Assembly: GCA_951406725.2 (NCBI GenBank) | Contig: OX597823.1 | Coordinates: forward strand, 60,884,001 to 60,948,000 | DNA length: 64,000 nucleotides | Reading direction: 5' to 3' | DNA from: Octopus vulgaris | Taxonomy: Eukaryota | In this document: positions 39,274 to 52,672 of the stretch, piece after piece | How positions within the stretch are numbered: the stretch's first letter is position 1 | Layout: the number at the start of each line of letters is the position of its first letter | The notes under the pieces: model-generated | Databases searched by the model: none | What the model was told of the DNA's origin: nothing | What the model saw: only the letters and a program-made list of their open reading frames with translations | Position numbers and translations under genes: made by a program

Positions 39274-41695
39274 GTAATTTCTATCGGTGGGTGGTGGTCA
39301 TGTTATTTCGTTTCTTCTTTCTCCTCATCGACAGAGCAGTGGCAGTTATTGAACTGTCATTATAAGTTTGCTTTCTTTCTTTCTTTTTTTCTTCCTTTCT
39401 GCGCATTTATTTTATACGCTTTTTTTCCCTTCTTTCTCTTCGTTTTGTTCTCGTTGTTCCTTCATCATTTAGTTAGGCGTTCACTTTCAATTTTCATTAC
39501 AAAGTGAGCTGCACATGTTCAACTTGGGATCTAACCTTGTTTTCTTCGTTTTACGTCGTCGTATTCGTCCCCGTTGGACATTCCATCAGACACTATCTCA
39601 TTAATAAAAACAGAAAAATTCATGGACATACATACACACACGCGCGTGCATATATACATACATATACATATATATATGTGAGTCTGTTTGTTAGACGAAC
39701 ATATAATAATACTATTGTGACTTACGTCTTATTGATTTAGCTCGTCTTTTATTTAGGAATCTGCATGTAATCTGCTAACTGATTAAATTGTTAGGTTACG
39801 TTCATGACAGTTGATTGCAATACGTGTGTACCTGTAGGTGCGTGCGTAGAGGAAGACACAGACAGAATGAAAGAAAGAAAAAGAAAAGGTGGGTTGTGGG
39901 GGCGGGAGTTTGATGAGCGTCGATGATGATTTCTCTTTGAATTCTTCTATGTGAAGTCAATTAGTCTTTTACCACCTTATATATATATATATGTATATGT
40001 ATGTATATAAACGATAGTGATTCCATTCCATTATCGTCTCGGCTTTATCAATGTATATAGACTACGCACACACGTACATGGGTCTCTCTCTCTGTTCGAT
40101 AACCGATCGAGTGAAAGAATTCCAACTTTTTTTTTTTAATGCATGTGTGTGTGTGTTAGATTTATGAATTTCTCGTCGGGAAAAACGAATAAACATAACC
40201 TTTAATGAATGTAGTTAGATTTTTCGTTTTGTTTTTCCCACCCCACTAAGGTAAAAGAAATATATCCAAACATGTAAAAGACTTTAGTCATTTAATTAGA
40301 AACTACTACTTGGTGTTTCTTTGAACTGTTTTCAATAGTCTTTTTTTTTTCTTTGAAATGTTATCATTCACACATTTCTACTTTAAAACACTTATTTGAT
40401 TAGACAAATCACAATATTATAGACATTTAAAAAAAATCATTTCTAGTAGCGTTGTTACGTTGATTTCCAACTTTGCATTCTTTTCTTCAAATCTTATAGT
40501 CATTTATATAAGTTGAGGAGTTTTGTAATGGAATAATTTAGTATTTGTTGTAAAAAAGTTATTAGATAACAAAGAAATAAGAATGTGTGCGTCATGTATT
40601 TCATTTTAACTTATTCATCATGTTACTCGAAACTAAAATTGGAAAAAAGAAAAAGAAAAAGAAATTGTGACGGAAAAAATAATAAATCTTTTAACTTGAT
40701 CAAATGGTAAAAATATTCATAGAAATATCTGTGCTTGGGATCCAGTTTCATTTTTATTTCTATGATATTTGATTTTAAATAATTTAAATTAATTGCAGCA
40801 ACTTTAATAATTTTGCATGTTTTATGAAAGAAATATTTTAATTCCTTGATATTAAGATTTAAAAAAATTTTTAAATACTTCTAGAATTACATATTTTTTT
40901 ATCTTTCAACTAATTAGCAAACTTTTATATATAACCATGTAACTGCAGATCTTTTAAGCTTTAATCTATTTAGAATCTTTGCAAAAGTATCTATGGACAT
41001 AAATTCTATCTTTTTCTATAAAATTTAATTTGCTGTAACTATTTTTTAAATTGATATTAAATTAACTTGAACTAAAAATATCAGTTTAATGGCTTCAATA
41101 ATAATTTCTTTAGTTCAGGTTTATTCTTCCAGAGTTGTGACTTAAATGAAACAATATTGAAAATGTTTAATGGGAGACGCCAATACTAAAAGCCACATGT
41201 TTCTAACTTCAATAGAAGCTATCAATTCTACGCACCACTACCTATGTCTATGTAACTAAGAGATAAAACACAGTTGATTGACTGCTTATCAAGGTGATAA
41301 GATGATAATCCAAAACCGGAGATACATGTCATTATGTAGAATCAAATGAATTTTTGAAATGAATGACTTCAGGTGAAATTCAGTGACATTCTTATCTTTC
41401 TCCGATTTCTTTCAAACACTGCATTTATGGGGCTTTCTTTGTGTTTCATTAGACATTAGGTGTTTTATTTTTATCCTTTTCATAAATTCTTTTTAAGTAA
41501 ATCAATTTTGGATATGTCCCAGGTTTTATATTGCTTAGACTAAAGTAGTGATACATGTTGGTAAAATGTTTCTGAATCTTTGAAATAGTACTAACTACTT
41601 AAACATAGGCTCTTTATTGTGATTATTGTTTTTGCAACTTATGCATAACTTTTATAGTTCTGTATTAAATTGTTTCTCAATTCTCATTGATATAT

Positions 41696-41765
41696 ACCTT
41701 TTCTTGTATTTCTAGGTAAGCACTGTTTTTCTATAACAATAAAAGCAAAAGCCAAGTGAGTAAGT
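41696..41765 (+). promoter_or_regulatory. Candidate recursive splice site (AG|GTAAG) with 40/44-nt cryptic RS-exon
   Basis: CCTTTTCTTGTATTTCTAG|GTAAGC, AG at 41714-41715; AG-free from 41658; downstream donors CAA|GTGAGT (41756) and TGA|GTAAGT (41760). Confidence 0.5.
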
Positions 41766-43394
41766 TACACCATGAAAATTTTTTTATATATATATATATA
41801 TAAATATTAACAATTTTTCTATTTTTCAACTTCGAAATGAGGGTTGAAATAAAACTGAAAAAAGAATATACTTCAAACCTGAATTAAATATTGCCTATAC
41901 ATTGAACAACGAATACAAGAAAGTACATTTACTTTCACTTTAGTATTGTTTAGAGTATTTCCCTAAATATTTTGGAAAAGTTAAAGAAATGTTCAGAAGT
42001 ATTTCTGCAATTTGATATTCTGTATTACTAGCATATCAAACTATGAATCTGCAGTTTCCATCATTTCGGTGAGATGTAATCTGTTAGAATCTGTTAGTAA
42101 AACCACAAAGTGAAATTAGTGTTAAACTCATACATTTTTTTCAAAGTAGATTTATTTAAACAGTTACAAAATATTCAATTCGCATAAAAAAGATTATAAT
42201 AAATGTTAATATTTATAATAACTTTATGTTAACTAAGAGCACTTTTCCCCTATTCCTTGAAAAACAATTTTATTGTAGTAAGAAATTCTAAAATTAAAAT
42301 TAATTTTTTTCATAAAACATTTTTTTAAAGTTCTGTGTTTTAGATTTCAAGCTTTTTGATTATTGTTTTTCTTTTTTTTTTCCAAAAGTTCTTTTGATTA
42401 GTTTTCTTTGAACTCGTATTTCAAATGTCAATTTTATTTATTTCTTAATTTTATACTTTCCATTTGGAAATTTAAATCGAGAAGCATTGTTTCCTCGGTA
42501 GTTGTTCTTACTCGTCTATCGCTCACTTGAAAAAATTGCTCTAGGTCATACTTGAGAGATAAGAAAATTTTGAAATGTTCCACTTAAATATAAATATGTG
42601 TTTCTGGAGAACATTGGTTTCATTTTCTACTCATGGAAAAAAAAAAGAAGAAAAAAAAGGAAGAAAAAAAAAGATAAAAAGAAAGAAGAAAATGTTGGCT
42701 CTTAACATTCCCTTATGTTTTCAAGTTAGCTTAAGAGGTTTTGCAAGAATATGTGTAATTCTGTGTTTTAACAAAAGCAACAAGTGTTGTATGCTGAGAC
42801 TTTCTGTTCCCCGTATTAATAGGAATTGTTTTCTTCTCTTTTTTAAAGTCTAAAACAGTTTAAAATCTGTACATTTATGCATTAACATTTAACGTAAGGT
42901 TACTTGTTTTTCTTTCTCAACTCATTGAATATTTCTTACTCCATCTATTTTCTCCTCTTTTTTATTTTATCTATAAAATATCTATATTCAATACAAAGAT
43001 TCCCGTTTGCTACATTATCTTAAGCATTTCATTCGACTCTCTTGTGTTCCTATAAATTTTATGCTAACTTTAAAATGGGAATTATAAAGAATTCCACCAG
43101 AACCTAATGTTGCTAACTTCTATTGTTTTGCAACAAATCTTATTTGTACTTTTTCAAAAAATAAGTATACAGTTAAGATTAGTTTTCAATCAGTTTTGTT
43201 TTAATTTTTATATGTTTTTAATAATGTTGGGTGAGGTATAAATATCACACTCTGCGATTCACCTTTTTCTATGAAATTAAAATTTTATAAATGTTTAAAG
43301 AAATCCTCATTATTATGAAATACGCTCACTTTGAGGGCTTATTTCCTTAGGAGTTTGTTGATTTGTAGAGATGTTGCTATTAAATTAGAAGCAA

Positions 43395-45237
43395 TTATTA
43401 TTATTACTATTATTATAAATGTGGTGAGCTGGCAGAATTGTTAGCACGCCTGGCAAAATGCTTAGTATTTTACATTTCTTTATATTCTGAGTTCAAATTC
43501 TGCCGAGGTTGACTTAGCCTTTCATCCTTCTTGGTTGATAAATTAAGTACCTGTCAAGTACTGGAGTCCATGCGATTGACTTACTCCCACCCAGCAAATT
43601 TCAGGTCTTTTCCCTATAGTAGGAAGGGTTATTATTATTATTAAGTATTATCATTATTCTTGTTAAGGCAGCAAGCTGGCAGAATTGGTAACACACGAGG
43701 TAAAATGCTTAAGTGGCATTTCATCTGGCTTTGCATTCTGAGTTCAAATTCTGTTGAGGTCAACTTTACCTTTCATCATTTTGGGCTCGATAAAATAAAT
43801 ACCAGTTGATGTAATCTACTAATCCCCTCTTCAAAATTACTGGCCTTATGCCAAAATTTGAAACCATTATTGTTATCATTATTAAGGTGGTGACCTGGCA
43901 GAATTGTTTGTGGAATTTTTTTTCTGGCTCTTTACCTTCTGAGTTCAAATCTTACTAAGGTCGACTTTGCCTTTCGTTTTTCACTTTTGATAAAATAACC
44001 ACCAGCCACATACTGGAGTTGATTTCATCAACTTATTCTCCACTTCTTTAAAACTGCTGCCTTGTACCGAATTTCGAAAGAATTATTTATTATAAAGGCA
44101 GTGTGTGCTGGCGGAATTGTTAGCATGTCTGACAAAACGCTTAGCAGCATCTGTTTCGACCCTTTATGTTCCAAGTTCATTCTTTCGGGCTTAAGTACTC
44201 GGGTTGATGTAACTGACTCGATCCCTTCCTTCAACATTACTGGCTGTGTACTGAAATTAGGAAGAATTATCGTTATTATGATTGATTAAGGCAACTAACT
44301 GGCAGAATCGTTAGCATGCTGGGCAAAATGCCCAGTGACATTTCTTCTTGCTTTGCATTCTGAGTTCAAATTGCACTGCTTTCAATTTTACCTGTAACCT
44401 TTTCTGGGTCAATAAGTACCAGTTGAGCACTGGAGTTGATATAATTAACTAGACCCTTCCCCAACTTAATTTCAGGCCTTGTGCCTAGAGTAGAAAGAAT
44501 TATTATTATTATTTCTATGGCAGTGAACTTGTAGAATCTTTCAGCATGGTAAAAGTGCTCCTGTATCCCTTGATACTGCTGGCTTTGTGCTTCAATTGGA
44601 AACCATTATTATTATTAAGACGGCAAGCTGGCTGAATAATTAGCATGTCCATCTTTATGTTCTGAATTCAAATTCTGCCGAGGTCAAATATAGAATTATA
44701 TCAACTTTGCTTTTCATCCTTTTGGGAACGATTAAATAAATACAGGTTACACACTGGGATCAATGTAATCAACTTAATCCCTTCCTTCTAATTTGAGGCC
44801 TTGTGCTTCCAGTAAAAAAGAATTAATTACTATTATTATTATTAAGACGGCAAGTTGGCCGAATCATTAGCATATCTGTTCTGAATTCAAATTCCGCTGA
44901 GGTCGACTTTGCTTTTCCTCCTTTTGGGGTTGATAAAGTAAGTACCAGTGAAACACTGGGTTTGATGTAATTGACTAGTCCCCTCCCCAAAATTTTCAGG
45001 CCTTTAGTAGAAAGGAATATTATTATTTGAAATAGGAGACTAGTAGAATTGGAGTGTTGCAAAAAAAGCCACTTGGTTTTCTGATTTCAAATTCTGCCTA
45101 AGTCATCTTTGCCTTCCTTCATTTTGGCATTGGTAAAATAAAGTACGATACAAGTACTGGCATTGACTAACCCCACCTTCCAAAAATTGCTGGCCTTGTG
45201 CTTAAATTAGAAACGATTATTATTATTATTATTATTA
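43395..45237 (+). mobile_element. Head-to-tail chain of ~9 tRNA-derived SINEs (family A, Meta-domain-like core) separated by (ATT)n
   Basis: Repeated GCTGGCAGAAT..TTAGC (A box), GAGTTCAAATTC (B box), ACTTTGCCTTTCATCCTTT..GATAAAATAAGTACCAG core, tail GCCTTGTGCC..AGAAAG(ATT)n; starts near 43419, 43665, 43884, 44095, 44288, 44518, 44617, 44844, 45030. Confidence 0.9.
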
Positions 45238-45761
45238 CATTTCTATATTTCATTCGAAGTACTTTATAGGGATGTTACTTAATTTAGTACACATTACTAG
45301 ACTTCCAGGACAAGAATGGTTTGAAATCTTGATGCAATTAAAAAAGACAATAACTTTCGATTGTTGCCGTACACAGCCTATGGTCAGTTACTTTAAAACG
45401 GCAATATGTATTGAACTTAGAAAATCCATACCTTATGGACATAAATACTAGCATGTCTGTTAAAAAAATTGTCTGATCTTTAATGGTTAACAACAGGTGT
45501 TGCTGCTGCTGCTGTTGTACATGCAGAAAAGCACAATCAAGGATATCTAAGAGAAAAAGACACACATGCATCGCCACTTGGAATGGATTCTTAGAAAACA
45601 ACCTCATTAAATACTGTAAATGACATGTTTGTTGCTGATCCTCTTTTACAGTAACTCTAATCTCTTTATTAATCCATGGCTTCTGTAAAGCCAGAAGAAC
45701 TGGGATCGCTAAGTTTTCTCTTTTTTAACAATCCCCATGGAAGCAAAGCTGTTGTCTTTAA

Positions 45762-45969
45762 ACCTTTAACATTCAGATTACTCAGTCAAAAGTAATCCCT
45801 ATTTATTCACATTGAATTGAATTAACCATGAAGTATTTCATAGCTTTGAAATTTCCTTTGATGTTATTGTATATTTTGAGAATAACATTGTCGGGTAGGT
45901 GTAACAGGCCTGGTCTGGCCTCTGTGAACATAAAACTTGCAGAATATTTTTGCCGGATATGCTAAAGGG
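45762..45969 (-). mobile_element. piggyBac-type MITE family 2, older copy
   Basis: TTAA|ACCTTTAACATTC..ATGCTAAAGGG|TTAA; inverted similarity to the 18199 copy. Confidence 0.8.
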
Positions 45970-48426
45970 TTAAAAGAAAGCTTTCCATTATATATCCAAT
46001 GTACGCTATACTCACAAGCTTTGTACACATGAAGCCACAACACATATCTATTATATCCAGCATAAACCACACACGCACAAGTTTTATTATCATACAGCCA
46101 CAATAGTTCCCTTTAGTCCTGCACGTAGTTTATGAATAGAAACCTCTAAAAGCATCCTGCAGGAGGAACCTGCTAACCTAGAATCACGCTGCAGAATCAG
46201 TCAAAACACTGTTTCTCCATACTTCGAGGAAACCAACCCCAAAATACTGCTTCCTCTATGTACAGATAACACTCTTAACAAAACAATAGTCCTTATAAAC
46301 TCTCCCTTTTGGTCCCCCACTACATTCTTCACATAGCAAAAACTACATCACAAAAAGAAGCTGGATTTCCTCTTTATAAACCAGTAACTATTTCAGAGTT
46401 TCACAATTATATATCCCTTATGAGTCCTAAATATGCTTTACTCTAAAATAATGCCCACACATAAGGAGCTACTACACACACACACACACACACACATATT
46501 TGTATATGTACATAGTTATTTTCATATTTACACTTCAGCCTGTGTATTGAAGTAGTTCTCTCATCCCAAATGCATTCTCTTATTTTAATGTTGGAAACCA
46601 CTTATTTCTTTTTATGGTGATGTTCACAAAGGATCTTGCTGCATTTGTTGTCTGTTGAAATGCCATTCTGAATGTCTAATGTGTAGATTCAAACTTTCTC
46701 CATCTCTCTCTGCTATAGTGGCATGGTTTTTCTCTGTGTGTTGTAGCTTGCGAGAAGTTCAGATTGCTTATCGGCTGGGGAGAGGCCGTCATTTCCCACT
46801 ACCAAGTTGCCGACCTAATCCAGCTAATGAAACAGTACTGAATCCTTACCACTATCCTATCTATTTCCTTAGGCTAAAATGGGACAGAGTTTTTGCCATC
46901 TATTTGCCCATCTGGAGTGACCTCCAGTACTTTTAGCCCACTTATTAGCTCATTTCTAAAACCACTTGAAGTATGTTATCTGTCAACTACCATACACTGC
47001 TTATTTGCGTTACTTCCTTATCCATTCATTGCAGTCGTCTTTGTGAACTCTATCAACCAAATGTTTTCAATACCTGCAGACTTTTTCATGATAACATATG
47101 AAATGTCATCATTGGCCCTTTTCTTTCTTTTTCCTTTAAACCATTTTAAAATCTTTTTCCCATGTTAGTACCGCTAGGAGGATTTTATTTTTGTTTGTTT
47201 TTTGGAAATATATATATATATATATATACAACCTTCGCATACTTTAAATTAATTGCTTTTACACCTGAATAACTTTGCTGCTGCTAATACCTCAACCATG
47301 AAGTAGGATTAGATAATGATTAACAGCTTAACAGACAAGCAGACTTATGACCCTTGCTCAAAGGCACTTGCAGTGACTAAGATTTGAACTCATGACCCTG
47401 TAATCAGTGGCTCTGTACATACTGAAAATGAGAATCGTTATAGATTGCTTATATAAATAGTAGTAAATGTAGTTGTTTGGTTTTTTTATTTTTATATCAG
47501 TGAGGAATGAATAAAATACAAGAATGTTGCCAGTATGTCCTAGTTTAATTCTGTAATTTTCACCTTTCCCAATTATCTAAAAAGCGTTTATTTCATAAAA
47601 TGTCTTTTTTGTCATGTTTAGCGTTTAATCTGATACACTTTAAAAAAATTTTCTAACCTATTTTGGCAATCTTAATTCTATTTATTACCAACTAATTTTA
47701 ATTTTATTCTATCATACCACTTCATTTAATGCAAAATCATGCTTCTAACATAATTTCATTTCGGTTTTTTTTTTCTTTCTTTTTGTAATTCTGTTTGTTT
47801 ATTATTCATTATCATCATTTTTTTTTTTCTTCTAATTTTTCATACACGATAAAACTTTTTGTTTGCATTAGGTTTTCTTAGCATCAAAGTATTTCTCTAT
47901 GAGTATGTGGACTTCTGAGTTTTTTTTTAATTATCACAGAAATAAATGAGAGGGGAGGGAGGCAGAGAGAAAGAGATTAGTGGCTAATTTGCCACATGGC
48001 TGCGTTAACCAAGTAGACCAACAACCATCAAAGATATACCAGTCATAACCATCCCCGCCTTTTTTTAAAATTTTTTTGTTAGATGTCTAGGTGTATCTTC
48101 AAATACATTATCTAATGTATATTTCGCTTTCTCTAGATGTTAGAAAGCTATTTGGAAGTGATTTGCCTTGCTATTTCTTGCACGCCAAGCATATTTTGTA
48201 TATGAGGTGACAAGGCATAATGAATACATACAAGTGTGTTGAGAACCAGTGTACAGAATAAGATGTGTGTGTGTGTGATAAACTTTAAAACTATTTTTCA
48301 TCGAGACACACGGCATTTTCAGATAATGTGGTACCTCATACAATTGATTCTTTACTGAATATATAGCCCTCATATGAGCAACATAAGTCTCTTTATCATG
48401 TTGGTTAAATAATCCCATCACTTTAA

Positions 48427-48646
48427 CCCTTTCATTACTGTATTTATTTTGAGATGCTCTGTGTTTCTTTTAATTACTTTAAATATAACAAAGAATTTAG
48501 TAAAATAACTTAGTTATCATTAAGCTAGTGTTAGGAACATAAATTGTGACTACGGTTTTGTGGAAGATTTTAATTCAAAACTTATGAAAACAGGACATTT
48601 GTACTCAGAGCCAGAGCGGGTTTCAGCCGGGTTGGTATCAAAAGGG
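48427..48646 (-). mobile_element. piggyBac-type MITE family 1, reverse orientation
   Basis: TTAA flanks; internal sequence is the reverse complement of the 30042 copy. Confidence 0.92.
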
Positions 48647-49502
48647 TTAATGAAATACTTAGTTACTTTCCAAATTCATATCAGCTACTTGTTACCAACA
48701 TTCTCTTATTCTTTTTCCATTGGTTTTCATTCATATTGTTCTTAAAGGAAAATCTACTCTTTATGCATGTGCATGCTTGCTTCTGCATGCATTTATGTAC
48801 CACACACACAGACACAAACACATTTATTTATAGTGCGAGAATGAAAGAATATATATGACTGTCTTTGTGGCGGGTGTAATCCATGACAATTGTCGGTCTC
48901 TCTCTGTCTGCCTGTCTATCTATCTATCTATCCATCTATCTATCCATCCATCCATCCATCCGTTTGTGTGCGTGTGTGAGAGTAAGCACGCACGTGCACA
49001 TCTATAAATATGTTTAAGGTACTCACGCAGGCCAGGCATGCATTGCTAGCGGTTCGCACACACAGACACGGCATATATAAATATAAGGGACTGAGATACG
49101 TTCTTCTCACTTCTCTTATCTTGTTAATCATGTGAATGCATAGGGTCCTTTTGAACTCCTGCTTTGTATTTTAGCCTTTACTGAATTCATTATGCTTTCA
49201 TAAGCAGTCCCTTTTTTCTTCCTAATTGAACTCAATGCCAGTACTATGCATAGTCCTCCTATAGGTGGGACAATAAGATAGTGTAACCCCCATGCACGTG
49301 CATGCGCACGCAAACAAGCACATGCTTTTATAATTATGCGTATCAGCACACACACACACACATTAATATACACATTATTTATATAGAGGATTTGCATTAT
49401 ATGTACGTACACAATATATGAGTGATGGTGTGTATATATGTGCATGTATACATATATACTTTTATATGTGTGTGTGTATATATATTTCAATGTGTGTGTA
49501 TG

Positions 49503-49536
<34 letters not shown>

Positions 49537-49616
49537 CATATACATACATACATATACATACACATAACAATATGTATTAATGTATTTGTATATATGTGTA
49601 TGTCTGTGCTTGTGAA

Positions 49617-49652
<36 letters not shown>

Positions 49653-50399
49653 CAGTTTAAAAAATAAAGTTGGAAAAGGCACAAAAGTATATGTTTTTTT
49701 ATTTTTACCATAATTTCTTTAATTTGTATGAATTCGTAACCTCTTTTCAACTATATATATATATGTGTGTGTATATCATTATGTATTAATGTAGATATAT
49801 GTGTGTATGTGCTTTTTTGTGTGTGTGTGTGTGCATAGTGTAAAGGCATCTGGCCTAGTGCATAGGGTGTCACACTTTGATTGCAAAGATCATGGTCTCA
49901 GTTCCCCGGACAGTTGTGTTCTTGAACAAAACTCCACATTTCCTGTTGTTGCAGGATAACCCTGTGATGGACTTATATTCAGTTCTCAGGGAATGTTAGC
50001 TTGCATACCTACCCAGCAGGGTAGCATCATTTAAGAGTGAAAATAACGTGAGGAATCATATTGTGACCAGCAGTCTGTAACAACATCCAATAGCCTAGTC
50101 AACACCGCAGTATGTATATATATATATGTGTACATACATATGTGTGTGTATGAGTAAATGCACATATGTGTGTGTGTGTGTATACACACATGAATAGATT
50201 TATGTATATATATATATACATATATATACACACACACACTCACACATCTACACTCACACAACATTTTATGGCACAGTAGACACTGCACTGTGGAAGACAC
50301 ACCTTGCTTTGGAAAATGAAATTCTAAGAAAAAAGTCTTTTATACTTACCAAGGTCTTTTTATACTTACCACATGATTGGGCAGTTTCTGGCAGGTATA

Positions 50400-50900
50400 T
50401 ACTAAATGCCTGTTATGTGGCAAAACTTGTGTGCAAACCAACAGAATACCTATGCTCCTTTTGGGGTGAAATCACAAGACATGGGCCACCTGACTAGTGA
50501 TTTGTGCCAGTTGTTATTGTAGTACACAACACCATCTTCTTTAACTGTCCTGCAACTATTGCTGTGACACTCCATGGTGATTGTGCCACACTGTTCACCA
50601 TTCATCATCCTCCTGCACCTGACTATGACTGTTGGCAACTTCTACCTGTATGTTTGTGCCAAACTTCTTGCTCCTAAAATGATAACTTTCATAGAGAGCA
50701 TGTATCCAAAGTTTCTTTGGCCTAATATCTATGTTTATAAGATTTCTTTTAAGTACAGCCATTTTGCTGGCACTACATGAAGGTTATGGCTTTGCTTATT
50801 TGCTTTTTATCATTACTTATTCCACCTTTTCAGTGGGTGGTCACCTGAAGCTTCCCTCCATCGTCCTGTTTCCATGACTTTTGGCATATTATGCACCTTC
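50400..50900 (-). pseudogene. Possible heavily decayed piggyBac transposase C-terminus
   Basis: Scattered motifs in expected order across frameshifts: KRW, LHVV.QNG, LSF..RSLAQTY, VKEDG, VGLHTSFAT. Confidence 0.35.
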
Positions 50901-51299
50901 AAGTTTAAATAGGACATATTTATGAGTCCTTGATATACCCATCGTGGATGTGGAAGATAATTTGCAGGAAATTATCATCATTCAAGAATATTAAAAATCT
51001 AAAAGGTTTATTGAAACATTTTGCAATTTTTCAATAGATATTCCTACAGTTGTTGTATTTGTGTCAGCAATATTAAGACAAACATGTTAAGTATAGAAAA
51101 AATTTACAATTGTTAGGTAATGAAATAAAAGTTTTTCTAGGAAGCTGATTTCAGTTAACTCTAAGAAAACCTTAGCAAAATCATTTCAGCTAATATCATA
51201 GGTGATTTGTGGTATGTTTTATTACAAAAGTGCATCTTCTTTGCCACAAGATACATTATATATATGTATATGTATGTGTATAGACATGTACAATAATAT

Positions 51300-51850
51300 G
51301 GGTGTGGGGGCATAGATTTGGGTCTCTGACTAACAGATATCCATCACTTCTGATTCCTGTTCTCTTCTGTGCTTGATACCTTACGCATGCTAACAAACTT
51401 GAATATGAGAGAAGTGTTAATCGCCCTCCCGCTCCTGTGTGCTTAAAGTTCGTGCCTTCAACATCCAAGAAGCTTTCACTGAACCCAGGCTGTTGATCAA
51501 TATGACTGGCGACATAGCTAGGAATGCCACAAGAAGAAACCCATCACTTGTCTCGAAGCTAAAGAGAAACCTTGCACAATGGAACACCAATACTCATGCG
51601 TTTTTGACAGCCTCGAGACTGGTAATGCAGAGCGGATCATCACACCAATGAAATTCATCTGGCCAGACATGGCCATCTCCTCAGATTCCAACAAGTGTCA
51701 ATCAGCACGGGAATGACAGTATAGGTACCGGGGAAGTATTGGTGAAGGAATCTCATGGGAGAAACCTTACTAAATACCGGGAGCAGGTGGACTACTGCTT
51801 CCTCAAAGAGAGAGCAACTTGCTGCAAGCTGATTGAGGCAGCCCCATATC
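51300..51850 (+). mobile_element. Degenerate HERO/NeSL-like non-LTR retrotransposon 3' region (zinc knuckle plus restriction-like endonuclease)
   Basis: Colinear frameshifted motifs FLFSSVLDTL..TNL, LC..CLQH, QYDWRH, RDW.CRAD, PDMAISSDSNK, VPGEVLVKESHGRNLTKYREQVDYC, LIE. Confidence 0.7.
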
Positions 51851-52479
51851 CTTAGCCTCTACACTGCAAATGGTGTGACTGTAAAAGTGTGTTTTTACAC
51901 ATGTATGGATATATGAATCAGTGTGTCAGTGTATGTGTATATATGTGTGTGTTCATATTTATGTCTGTACATTTGCAAACACACATATATATGTATAGAC
52001 GTATGTGTCTATCTATATCTATATATAAATATATACAGATAGACGTCTATGTATAAATTTGTATATATACGTTTCTACACACACACAAATGTATTTATGT
52101 ACTTACATATTCATCCACGTTTTTGTGTGTGTGTGTTTGTGTGTATATGTATATATGTCAATATATGCACACATACATGCATGTATATACACACGCACAT
52201 CATATCATTATATGCATATCCATTTATAGATGAATACACTAATGTACGCATACATCATCATCGTTTAACGTACGTTTTCTATGCTAACATGGGTTAGATG
52301 GTTCAACCAGGGTCTGGGAAGACAGGAAGCTGAACCAGGCTCCAGCCTCATCTGCCATAGTTTCTACAGCTGGGTGCCCTTCCCTATGCCAATCACTCCG
52401 TGGGTGTAGTGGGGGGTTTTTACGTGCCACCAGCACATATGTATATGTATTTACATATATTTGTATTCATATATGTGTA

Positions 52480-52511
<32 letters not shown>

Positions 52512-52612
52512 GTTAATCCAAACAAGAAAGCACAAAAAAACACAACGCGAGGACGTGCAACAAATATAGTATTATTGAACGCTCAGGAAAGAAGGACATA
52601 TATACATACATA

Positions 52613-52651
<39 letters not shown>

Positions 52652-52672
52652 ATATATATATATATGTGTGTA

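Noticed and set aside
31740-45237. CRISPR-like or tRNA-array reading of the repeat chains
   Set aside because: Units are ~200-bp SINEs with A/B boxes but no cloverleaf; no constant repeat-spacer pattern or cas genes; eukaryotic context
50335-50371. Two ATACTTACC motifs (U1 5'-end-like, or minus-strand GGTAAGTAT donors)
   Set aside because: No U1 body follows; explained by a 20-nt local duplication; no upstream minus-strand exon identified
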